A stretch of 64,000 nt of DNA from Flectonema sp. DT1601. Taxonomy: Eukaryota. Location: NCBI GenBank assembly GCA_964019425.1, contig OZ025782.1, positions 496,001-560,000 of the forward strand, read 5' to 3'. The translations under genes and the position numbers were made by a program. Under the pieces are notes generated by a model that searched no databases, was not told where the DNA came from, and worked only from the letters and a program-made list of their open reading frames with translations. Below, in pieces: positions 34,801 through 44,559 of this stretch; positions within the stretch are counted from its first letter, which is position 1; each line of letters opens with the position of its first letter.

Positions 34801-37800
34801 TGGCAATAAGTAGAATAGAAAGAGCCGATGCGTAACAAGTTTGCCAGATAAAACATTTCTCAAGCCACGATCTTTCAATGGTGAGCTTTTCGATCGTTTT
34901 CAGTTTTGTTACTTTGTGGATTTTGACTTCTTCCACAGGGAAGATTTCTTTACCATCTTTTATAAAACTTGCAGTGGCAGGTTCTTCTTTAATGCTGCGC
35001 ATTAGTGGTCTTGAATGCCACGTGGGGAGGTTCCTCGTCTGGAACAGAACATATGAGCACTGTCTGGCGATTCTGGTGCATTCACAAAATAAAGCTTTTG
35101 TTGGTGCTAAAGGTGAACCGATGTGACGTGTCCAGATGTTCAGCTGGTCCATGCAGATGTTTCCTCGTACGCCAACTTCAATAGTAAAAATGTTACAGTC
35201 GAAGCCATTAGCGATGATCGAGTCTCTTAGCTTTAGGTATTTCTTTTCCTTTAAGACATGAGAGGTTTCGAAACGATCTTCATTTGGACACGTCAGCTCC
35301 AGAATCAGTGCTCTTTTCGCAAAAAAAGAATAAATAAAAATGTCTGGTCTTAGAGAGGACGAGACATGGCACACTTCAAGAGGAACAATTAGGCGGTTAT
35401 CACCGACATCGTCGAGGATGACCCAATCATTCGCTAGTGAAAGTTCGCCTGTCTCTTTAGAAATTCTTTCTAGGGGTTTATTTTCCCCCGTTTTTAAAAA
35501 AGTTTGAGAGGGAGGCGGGAGGTTTTCTTTTCTTTTGTTGGCTTTTATTATCAACTCTTCCAAGAAGATAACAATGCGTTTTAGAACGCTGTCGTGACGC
35601 CACGTGAACCTCCCTTGTGTTAAAGAGACAGGACAGCCTGTTAAGACATGCCTGAGGGTAGGATTCACTTTGCCACACAAAACACAATTTTGGTCCACAT
35701 TGGTGATGTTCCACCTCTTTAAATTATCTTGTGAGGGGAGGGTGTTTGTAACCGCTTTCAGTTGAAATGAGATATAGGCAGGATTTCCCTCCCTAAGTAC
35801 CTTATTCCAGGTGAAGTCGTTTATCATACATTTAGACCACTCCTTCCACTGACCTTGGACTTGTAATTTATTCAAAGAGTTCAGTAGTTCATCTGTGGCT
35901 TCCACTTCAAAACGCTTAAGGAGATCGGGGCGAGTAGTACGTAGATCGCGCAATCGGTGACCAAGACCAGCTGATTGCTTCGCAAGAGAACGGTAAGAAA
36001 AAAACTTAATAAGGCGCTCCCACTCAGCAGAAGCTGAAAACTTTTTCGACCAGTTGGACGATTTCTCCATAATAACATTGTAGACACCGTGCATGTCAGA
36101 GTCCTGTGAGGATCTGAGGATGTCTAGTTTAATTGATTGCGCTTGTTTATATAGCGTCTCAACTCTTTTGTGTCTGAGACCAACAGTGTTCTTTGAACCG
36201 GTAAAAAGGATGACTGTGTTCGCAGAGCGGACAAATCCCCACCATTTCTTCAAAAAAGGTTTAATAATTTTGTCCATTTTTTTGGCAAAAGGGAGAGATA
36301 AGTCATGGATCATTAAACTCCATGTTAACCTTGACAATAACAAGTGTTGGACAGACCAAGCCTTCTGAGACCCATATAGTGGCATGGCGTCGACTTTTTT
36401 TAAAAAATTCCTGGTAAAAGTGGTCAGGCGCTCTCGCAATTTCTGTTCTTTGGCGTTCGGCTCAAACCAACGCCCGAGGTATTTGAACTCTCCAGCTTCC
36501 TGGAGATTCGTAATCGGAACATTGTTAATCTTCAGGTCCGGGTTAGCTGGTTTCCCTTGTACAAAGCTGTGGGCAATGCATTTCTGGGGTTTCGCTTTCA
36601 TACCACGAGACCAGGAAAGAAACTGTTCGAGCGACTTGATTAGCAATTTTGCCCCCGCCTTTGATGACGTGGTAAGTTGTAAATCATCAGCAAAAGCTGC
36701 AACTAATAGTTGGAGGGATTTATTGTTAAACTCGTAGGCTTCCTGTTGATGAACTGCTAAGGAAAAGAGCAGTAGTTGGAATACCAAATTAAAAAGGGTT
36801 GGGGAGGAAACGCAGCCTTGAAAGACACCAACTTCAAAAGGGATAGTGGGCGTCAGGCCTTCTCCAACTCTGATTTGGACGCGCATGGAGGAATAATACC
36901 TTTTATAGAAACCGATTATTCTTTCGTGAATTCCGAAATATTTTAAAGCAAAGAAAATTAATTGATGTTTGACTGATCCGAAAGCATCTGCCAAATCCAC
37001 CCAGACAATTGTTAGGTTTTTCCGGAGAGCTTTCACTTCTTTAAAAATCTCTGAGGTGATCGTGGCATGTTCGATACACCCAGAGACACCTTTCCTAAAG
37101 CCTTTTTGAAAATTAAATTTAGAAAGAGTGTGGTTTGCGACGGCTTCCTGAATGACCGTATTAAAAATTTTCCCGTCGCAGTTGCCCACAGCTATCGGTC
37201 TCGTTTTCGAGATGTCTTTCCCATCGGAGTTGGGCTTTGGGAGCATTGTTACAAATGCTAAGCCCCAACTATCCGGATAGGCCTTGAGTTCGAAAATTCT
37301 CTTTAATACCTTGTAAAGTGCTTCCATAAAAGTTGGGACCTTTTTCCATACAACATAAGGTATGCAATTGGGACCAGGGGCACATTTGTTTTTTTTCTTT
37401 GATAAGAGAATACCAAACTGTTCGAAGCTCGGGAACTGGATATCATCCATTGTCTTGTAGTCAGACTTAGGTAAAAAAGAGGGATGGGTGAAATCAGTTT
37501 TTTTTTTTTCATTGTCACAATAATTGTTTTTAAAATGTTCAATTATTTTTTCCTCTGGAATATCAAGGGAGGGGGGTTGAGGATCTTCTTTTTGGAGTTC
37601 TTCTTTTATGGCAGTAAACGGATTTTGACGAAATTTATCTTGTAATTTTTTGAATAAATTTTTCTTTTCTAAATTCCGATACATTCGGAAAATCCTTTTC
37701 ATTCTCGTTCTTGCCTCTTTCCATTTGACAGCGTTCTCTATAGAAGGCCCAGATTTGCGGAGCTCCTGTCTTAGCTGTTTCATTTCCAGACGACATTCAA

Positions 37801-38890
37801 GTTTTTCTTGGTCGAGGATGACCTCTTCCCTTGATTTCTGTTTGCGGGGTAAATTCCGCTTTGTTTCTTCAAAGAAACTGCTACAAATTTGATAAACCGT
37901 TTTGAGTAGTTTATCAAGTTGGTCGGCAGGTTTTAAAGAGTTTTCTGTTTCGACGGTGAAAGTTTGGAGTTTTTCTGTAGCAGAAACGTCGATGTCCTTC
38001 CATTCAGTTCCAAAAGATCGGAATTTGAGACGAGACGGGTGTAACGGGGTAAAAGTGGGTGTTGTAGAGTTACAAGGAACGAAAGCTGTTTGTGAAGTTT
38101 TAAAATCTACAGATTCTCCTACAAAGGGAGGTTCCAGGTCTGAATTATTCCCTGTGAGGGGAGACAGAGGTGTACCTTTACATGTACCGTTAGCACAGTG
38201 TTTCGCTCTCGTAGCGATACTTTTGAAAAGCTTACCACATTCTGGACAAGGTAAGTGGTAACAATCTTTAACTTGGGAGTGGGTAGATGGGGGAAAACGT
38301 GACTTATAGTCCTTAAATTCTTTACTAAACTTACAGTTACGTCTAAAATGCGCAACTGGACCTTTGAGGTATGTCTCAAAACATAAAGGACATTTGGCTA
38401 CTAAAGTTTTATCCCCATCCAGAGCCGATCTCGAAATAGCCTCTTGTAAAGCCTCGGGGGCTGGGTTGGCTGAGAGATGGTTGCCAGTATCTTTATGACA
38501 CCGCCGGCCCGGTGTTTCTTTTTTTTTTTGTTGTGAAGTAGCAATAATAAAAAAAAAAAAAAAATAGAAAAGAGAATGGCTCAGAAACAATATCGATGAG
38601 TTAAGATCTTTTTTTTTAAACTAATTCTTTTTTTTTTAATTTCGGGCAGCTAACCCTAGAGTTTTTTTTTGGTAAATACTGTTTAAAGGAAAACGAGCTA
38701 CGCTCTAAAACAGAAAAATCGGAGTAACTACTTGTTTATAATATATATTTTGATAAATAATGTGGTTGGCAAATGAATGCCGAAGAGGCAACTTGAGAAA
38801 AGCAATTGGATGAGAAGAAACATTGGGTCTTATAAAGCAAAGGAGATAGAGGGGCCTAAAAAGACCGCAGAGTGGATAGCTCCACAAAAG
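31894..38890 (-). mobile_element. HERO/R2-like RLE non-LTR retrotransposon, apparently full length, 1.4-kb 3' UTR ending gatcttaactcctgt
   Basis: Single long ORF; 3' terminus shared with the copy ending at 41897; 5' boundary uncertain (38598-38890). Confidence 0.85.
33323..38590 (-). CDS. Zn fingers, RT, CCHC, restriction-like endonuclease, coiled-coil extension (up to 1755 aa)
   Basis: CPLC..H..C and CPEC..H..C; QKGF, DLADAFGSV, GVFQGC, FADD, YLG; CVLC..H..C QGRFTWRHDSVL; RPD..ELTCP..KEKKY, typical of the HERO clade. Confidence 0.93.
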   Translation of the reverse strand: MFLSHSLFYFFFFFIIATSQQKKKETPGRRCHKDTGNHLSANPAPEALQEAISRSALDGDKTLVAKCPLCFETYLKGPVAHFRRNCKFSKEFKDYKSRFPPSTHSQVKDCYHLPCPECGKLFKSIATRAKHCANGTCKGTPLSPLTGNNSDLEPPFVGESVDFKTSQTAFVPCNSTTPTFTPLHPSRLKFRSFGTEWKDIDVSATEKLQTFTVETENSLKPADQLDKLLKTVYQICSSFFEETKRNLPRKQKSREEVILDQEKLECRLEMKQLRQELRKSGPSIENAVKWKEARTRMKRIFRMYRNLEKKNLFKKLQDKFRQNPFTAIKEELQKEDPQPPSLDIPEEKIIEHFKNNYCDNEKKKTDFTHPSFLPKSDYKTMDDIQFPSFEQFGILLSKKKNKCAPGPNCIPYVVWKKVPTFMEALYKVLKRIFELKAYPDSWGLAFVTMLPKPNSDGKDISKTRPIAVGNCDGKIFNTVIQEAVANHTLSKFNFQKGFRKGVSGCIEHATITSEIFKEVKALRKNLTIVWVDLADAFGSVKHQLIFFALKYFGIHERIIGFYKRYYSSMRVQIRVGEGLTPTIPFEVGVFQGCVSSPTLFNLVFQLLLFSLAVHQQEAYEFNNKSLQLLVAAFADDLQLTTSSKAGAKLLIKSLEQFLSWSRGMKAKPQKCIAHSFVQGKPANPDLKINNVPITNLQEAGEFKYLGRWFEPNAKEQKLRERLTTFTRNFLKKVDAMPLYGSQKAWSVQHLLLSRLTWSLMIHDLSLPFAKKMDKIIKPFLKKWWGFVRSANTVILFTGSKNTVGLRHKRVETLYKQAQSIKLDILRSSQDSDMHGVYNVIMEKSSNWSKKFSASAEWERLIKFFSYRSLAKQSAGLGHRLRDLRTTRPDLLKRFEVEATDELLNSLNKLQVQGQWKEWSKCMINDFTWNKVLREGNPAYISFQLKAVTNTLPSQDNLKRWNITNVDQNCVLCGKVNPTLRHVLTGCPVSLTQGRFTWRHDSVLKRIVIFLEELIIKANKRKENLPPPSQTFLKTGENKPLERISKETGELSLANDWVILDDVGDNRLIVPLEVCHVSSSLRPDIFIYSFFAKRALILELTCPNEDRFETSHVLKEKKYLKLRDSIIANGFDCNIFTIEVGVRGNICMDQLNIWTRHIGSPLAPTKALFCECTRIARQCSYVLFQTRNLPTWHSRPLMRSIKEEPATASFIKDGKEIFPVEEVKIHKVTKLKTIEKLTIERSWLEKCFIWQTCYASALSILLIANGSSSPAPSVLLDEDELTGLSLSFSSISSISFQTPPPELMSTGSQTLPADFAIVIRTQSDMGSQTPLYKKKEGKLRLKLSLKCQILENELEQMKERIFYVLFLFYFNAMSASLEKDKQLLNGLPVEIKATNQDPSSLPPAPPVLIIEKDRKEYELLEGVIQRLTAERDESKTSLSALVRQYDLVEDYRKRELANLTQRADLSEMALFNYHQRFVLLSNELETKCNEERESKIRLFYTQQEVESLRAARPRMTHFSQQVSPRTPVLYESVAMMKIAKNYLSLFTTTSSLFTPLIKPLIPTLNYITPLCPLASIPPTMPQSEALDRTPTKILRQESHVISVKENTPIARQWSEGRIDLLENYCRAVDDSLETNEKAAELSEQLLDAQLRLSELNHQRCTTHAEQLEQSMMLTGLASDLNAQLALARSQIAALKFQLASWAEGLSPPDTEEHEENETPPRKSERSTLKKRTPPSRYRYNRRRCSADDVHGDSTPL

Positions 38891-39085
38891 GCTGAATTCG
38901 ATAGAGTGGGAAGTAACGGACTGGGAGCTTTTGGCTCCTGCCCTATTCCCGATGTAAACTTTCTTTTTATTTTTTTTTTTTTTTTAACAGGCCCAGAGGG
39001 CGACAATGACTGTTGCTGACCAAGGAATAATATTCAAATGAATTTTCGTTTCAAAGAAACGAACAGAATTAAGAGAGAGGCAGAG

Positions 39086-39116
<31 letters not shown>

Positions 39117-39297
39117 AAAAAATATGAAGAGGAAATAATCAAACATGAAAAAAATAAAAAAAAAAAATAAAATATAAATAAAAAACGTTGTATGAAAAAG
39201 GAAAAAAAAAAAAAAAAAAAAAAAAAAAGACCAGAAAAGGAAAGAGAAAATGAAAAGGTATAATATTATTGTGGGGATATGAGGATAGCAGGGAGAT

Positions 39298-39328
<31 letters not shown>

Positions 39329-39534
39329 ATTTATTATTTAAAAAAAAGGAAACAATCAGTTTAGCGTCTCGATCGGGACGGAAAATAGAAATTAATCGAC
39401 ATAGTCGATCGATAGAAAAAAAAACAATGATAACATTGTTTATTCATTTTTTTTTTTTTTTTTTTTTTTAAATCCTTTTAATTATTTTAAAGAAAAAACA
39501 ATCAGTTTAGCGTCTTGACCAGGACGGAAAATAG
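38891..39534 (-). mobile_element. NA-2 3' tail plus about 1.5 satellite monomers
   Basis: Near-identical to 27586-28212. Confidence 0.88.
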
Positions 39535-41897
39535 CCAACCAAGATTTTACGACAAGAGAGTCACGTTATCTCCGTTAAAGAGAATACACCTATTGCGAGA
39601 CAATGGTCCGAGGGTAGGATTGACTTACTCGAGAATTACTGTCGAGCAGTAGATGACTCTCTCGAAACAAACGAGAAAGCGGCAGAGCTCTCAGAACAAC
39701 TTCTGGATGCCCAACTTCGCCTCTCGGAGCTGAATCACCAACGGTGTACAACTCACGCAGAGCAGCTTGAGCAATCCATGATGTTAACGGGACTGGCGAG
39801 CGATTTAAATGCTCAACTCGCCTTGGCACGGTCTCAAATTGCGGCCCTGAAGTTCCAATTAGCTTCATGGGCAGAAGGTTTGAGTCCGCCAGACACAGAA
39901 GAACATGAGGAAAATGAAACTCCGCCGAGAAAGTCTGAGCGTTCAACTCTGAAAAAACGAACCCCTCCATCAAGATACCGTTACAATCGAAGGAGATGTT
40001 CTGCTGATGACGTTCACGGTGACTCCACCCCCTTGTAATTCTCTTTTTCCTTACTTTCACATCACTTTGTTTATTTAGTTTTTTAGCTTATTTATTATTT
40101 ATTGTTCGTTTTTGTTTGTATTATTTTATCGATATGTTTATGTCCGTCAGATCATAACGTTAATCAGGTTAATTGTTAATTGTTAATTATAAATGGTCTA
40201 AACCCCAATCCAAGTTCCCAAGGCTTGGCATAGATTTGAGTGACGCCTTACTGGCCTCCTCATCCTCTATGAGTGGTGAGGGGGCCAGCAATGGTTTTTT
40301 TTTTTTTTTTTTTTCTCTTATTTCTTTTTTTCTTTTTCTTTTACTCTAATATGAAATATTTTTGAACAAAATGTGATTATTAATTTAAAAAAAAAAAAAA
40401 AAAATAATAATGTAAATGAATAATAAAAAAAAAAAAAAAAAAACATGCCTTGGGAATACAACCAAAGCCCCAATTAATCGGTCCTTTCTTTTTCCTTCTT
40501 GTCAAGTGATCGCTCCACTCGTCGATCACCAAAACCGATTGTATTTATATCTGTTCTTTTCTCAACGATCGGCTATACCGACCATTTTTTTTTATAAATA
40601 ATTGTTTTCTTCTTCTCGACGATCAGATCCAATTGATCGACCTTTTTTTTTTTTTTTTTTTTCCTTTATTCCTTCCATCCCTCCCGCTCCCCTAATTTTA
40701 AATAAAAACAGGATCAGCTCAGCTTGATCGTTAATCTTTTTTTCTTTTTTTAATTTAAACTGATTGTATTTATATCTGTTTATTTTTCTCGACGATCGGC
40801 TATACCGATCAACCTTTAAAATAATTTCTTCTTCTCGACGATCAGATCCAATTGATCAACCTTTTCTTTTTTTTTCCTCTATTCCTTCCATCCCTCCCGC
40901 TCCCCTATTTGTAATAAAAACAAGAGCAGCTCAGCTTGATCGTTAATCTTTTTTTCTTTTTTTAATTTAAACTGATTGTATTTATATCTGTTTATTTTTC
41001 TCAACGATCGGCTATACCGATCAACCTTTAAAATAATTTCTTCTTCTCGACGATCAGATCCAATTGATCAACCTTTTCTTTTTTTTTCCTCTATTCCTTC
41101 CATCCCTCCCGCTCCCCTATTTGTAATAAAAACAAGATCAGCTCAGCTTGATCGTTAATCTTTTTTTCTTTTTTTAATTTAAACTGATTGTATTTATATC
41201 TGTTTATTTTTCTCAACGATCGGCTATACCGATCAACCTTTAAAATAATTTCTTCTTCTCGACGATCAGATCCAATTGATCAACCTTTTCTTTTTTTTTC
41301 CTCTATTCCTCCCATCCCTCCCGCTCCCCTATTTGTAATAAAAACAAGATCAGCTCAGCTTGATCGTTAATTTTTTTTTCTTTCTTTTTTGTTGGTCCTA
41401 GTCAAGACCTTAAACTGACTAACCGGTCTTAATTTTAAATAAGTGTTAACCTAGTTTCTCTTTTCCTTTTCAATTTCCTTTTAATACTCTCTATCTGGTC
41501 TGTTATGTCATATTTCTCATTTAATTTTATCATCCATTTTACTTTTCACTGTTTCCCATCTACATTTTATTTTCAAATAGTTACGGTCTGTTAAAAAAAA
41601 AAAAAAAGTTTAAATAAGTTAAATTGAACATGTTAACTCAATTCCTCAATTCTTCCGTCATGGTCATGACATTCTTTTTCGTTTCTCCAATGCACAAGAG
41701 ATACCATCACTCATGAGATACCAACGCACATACGAGATACCAGCACTCCAGAGATACCGACACGCTAGAGATACCAAGTCACTTGAGATACCTCCTTGTA
41801 AATTAATTCCCGGTATTTCAAATTTGAATTGATAGTGTCAACTCTGCTTGCTGCTCTTGTTAATGTGTTGTCTCCTGAAAGTGATCTTAACTCCTGT
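39534..41897 (+). mobile_element. 5'-truncated HERO-like copy (ORF C-terminus plus 3' UTR)
   Basis: Reverse complement of about 33826-32330 at very high identity apart from repeat number; same terminus. Confidence 0.92.
40537..41370 (+). repeat. 212-bp tandem repeat (about 4 units) in the HERO 3' UTR; about 2 units at 32414-32830
   Basis: ORF-track period 40764/40976/41188; three gatc...gatc hairpins per unit. Confidence 0.92.
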
Positions 41898-42029
41898 AAA
41901 AAGAAAAAAAAAAAGAAATCAAAAAAGAAGAATTTTCAAACGAAGTTATAACAACCCCTACCACCCATTATGTTCAATTCCGCTTGTTTTTTTTTTTTTT
42001 TTAAAACAAAAAAAAAAATAAAAAATTAT

Positions 42030-42818
42030 AAAAGATTAAACAATGTTATCATTGTATTTTTATCGATCGACTATGTCGATTACTTTCTATTTTCCGTCCT
42101 GGTCAAGACGCTAAACTGATTGTTTTTTTTTTTTTTTTTCAAAATTAATAAAAAAGAATATAAAAAAAAAAATAAAAAAAAGAATAAACAATGTTATCAT
42201 TGTTTTTTTATCATTCGACTTTGTCGACTAATTTCTATTTTCCGTTTTTCTTCTTAAAAAATAAATAAAAAGAATTTAAAAAAAAAAAAAAAAAAAAAAG
42301 AATAAACAATGTTATCATTGTTTTTTTATCGATCGACTATGTCGATTACTTTCTATTTTCCGTCCTGGTCAAGACGCTAAACTGATTGTTTTTTTTTTTT
42401 TCAAAATTAATAAAAAAGAATAAAAAAAAAAAAATAAAAAAAAGAATAAACAATGTTATCATTGTTTTTTTATCGTTCGACTTTGTCGACTAATTTCTAT
42501 TTTCCGTTTTTTTTTTTCTTTAAAAATAAATAAAAAGAATTTAAAAAAAAAAAAAAAAAAAAGAATAAACAATGTTATCATTGTTTTTTTATCGATCGAC
42601 TTTGTCGACTAATTTCTATTTTCCGTCCTGGTCAAGACGCTAAACTGATTGTTTTTTCTAAATAAATAAAAAGAATAAAAAAAAAAATAAAAAAAAAAGA
42701 TTAAACAATGTTATCATTGTTTTTTTTTATCGATCGACTATGTCGATTACTTTCTATTTTCCGTCCTGGTCAGGACGCTAAACTGATTGTTTTTTCTTTA
42801 AAAAATAAATAAAAAGAA

Positions 42819-42849
<31 letters not shown>

Positions 42850-43245
42850 TAAACAATGTTATCATTGTTTTTTTATCGATCGTCTATGTCGATCACTTTC
42901 TATTTCCCGTCCTGGTCAGGACGCTAAACTGATTGTTTTTTCTTTAAAAATAAATAAAAAGAATAAAAAAAAAAAAAAAAGGAATAAACAATGTTATCAT
43001 TGTTTTTATTTTATCGATCGACTATGTCGATTACTTTCTATTTTCCGTCCTGGTCAAGACGCTAAACTGATTGTTTTTTCTTTAAAAAATAAAAAGAAGG
43101 ATTTAAAAAAAAAAAAAAAAAAAAAAAAAGAATAAACAATGTTATCATTGTTTTATTTTATCGATCGACTATGTCGATCACTTTCTATTTTTCGTCCTGG
43201 TCAAGACGCTAAACTGATTGTTTTTTCTTTAAAAATAATAAAAAG

Positions 43246-43283
<38 letters not shown>

Positions 43284-43654
43284 ATAAACAATGTTATCAT
43301 TGTTTTTTTATCGATCGACTATGTCGATCACTTTCTATTTTCCGTCCTGGTCAAGACGCAAAACTGATTGTTTTTTTTCAAAATTAATAAAAAAGAATAC
43401 AAAAAAAAATAAAAAAAAAAGAATAAACAATGTTATCATTGTTTTTTTTTTATCGTTCGACGTTGTTGACTAATTTCTATTTTCCGTTTTTTTCTTTTCT
43501 TTTTAAAAAATAAATAAAAAGATTTAAAAAAAAAAAAAAAGAATAAACAATGTTATCATTGTTTTTTTTATCGATCGACTATGTCGATTACTTTCTATTT
43601 TCCGTCCTGGTCAAGACGCTAAACTGATTGTTTTTTCTTTAAAAAAAAAAAAAG

Positions 43655-43690
<36 letters not shown>

Positions 43691-43804
43691 ATAAACAATG
43701 TTATCATTGTTTTTTTTTTATCGATCGACTATGTCGATCACTTTCTATTTTCCGTCCTGGTCAAGACGCTAAACTGATTGTTTTTCTTTAAAATAATAAA
43801 AAGG

Positions 43805-43839
<35 letters not shown>

Positions 43840-43952
43840 ATAAACAATGTTATCATTGTTTTTTTATCGATCGACTATGTCGATCACTTTCTATTTTCCG
43901 TCCTGGTCAAGACGCTAAACTGATTGTTTTTTCTTTAAAAAATAATTAAAAG

Positions 43953-43986
<34 letters not shown>

Positions 43987-44524
43987 TAAACAATGTTATC
44001 ATTGTTTTTTTATCGATCGACTATGTCGATCACTTTCAATTTTCCGTCCTGGTCAGGACGCTAAACTGATTGTTTTTTCTTTAAAAATAAATAAAAAGAA
44101 TAAAAAAAAAAAAAAAAAAAAAGGAATAAACAATGTTATCATTGTTTTTTTTTTATCGATCGACTATGTCGATTACTTTCTATTTTCCGCCCTGGTCAAG
44201 ACGCTAAACTGATTGTTTTTTCTTTAAAATAATTAAAAGGATTTAAAAAAAAAAAAAAAAAAAAAAAAGAATAAACAATGTTATCATTGTTTTTTTTCTA
44301 TCGATCGACTATGTCGATCACTTTCAATTTTCCGTCCTGGTCAGGACGCTAAACTGATTGTTTTTTCTTTAAAAATAAATAAAAAGAATAAAAAAAAAAA
44401 AAAAAAAAAAGGAATAAACAATGTTATCATTGTTTTTTTTCTATCGATCGACTATGTCGATTAATTTCTATTTTCCGTCCTGATCGAGACGCTAAACTGA
44501 TTGTTTCCCTTTTTTAAATAATAA

Positions 44525-44559
<35 letters not shown>

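Noticed and set aside
38440..38512. HDV-like ribozyme at the HERO 5' end (ggccggc)
   Set aside because: Could not build P1.1/P2/P4 consistently by eye; needs an RNArobo or Infernal search
38651..38659. Telomeric TTAGGG-like motif
   Set aside because: Single isolated match, no array
41698..41792. CRISPR array
   Set aside because: 8-bp repeats, related spacers of about 10 bp, eukaryotic retroelement UTR, no cas genes
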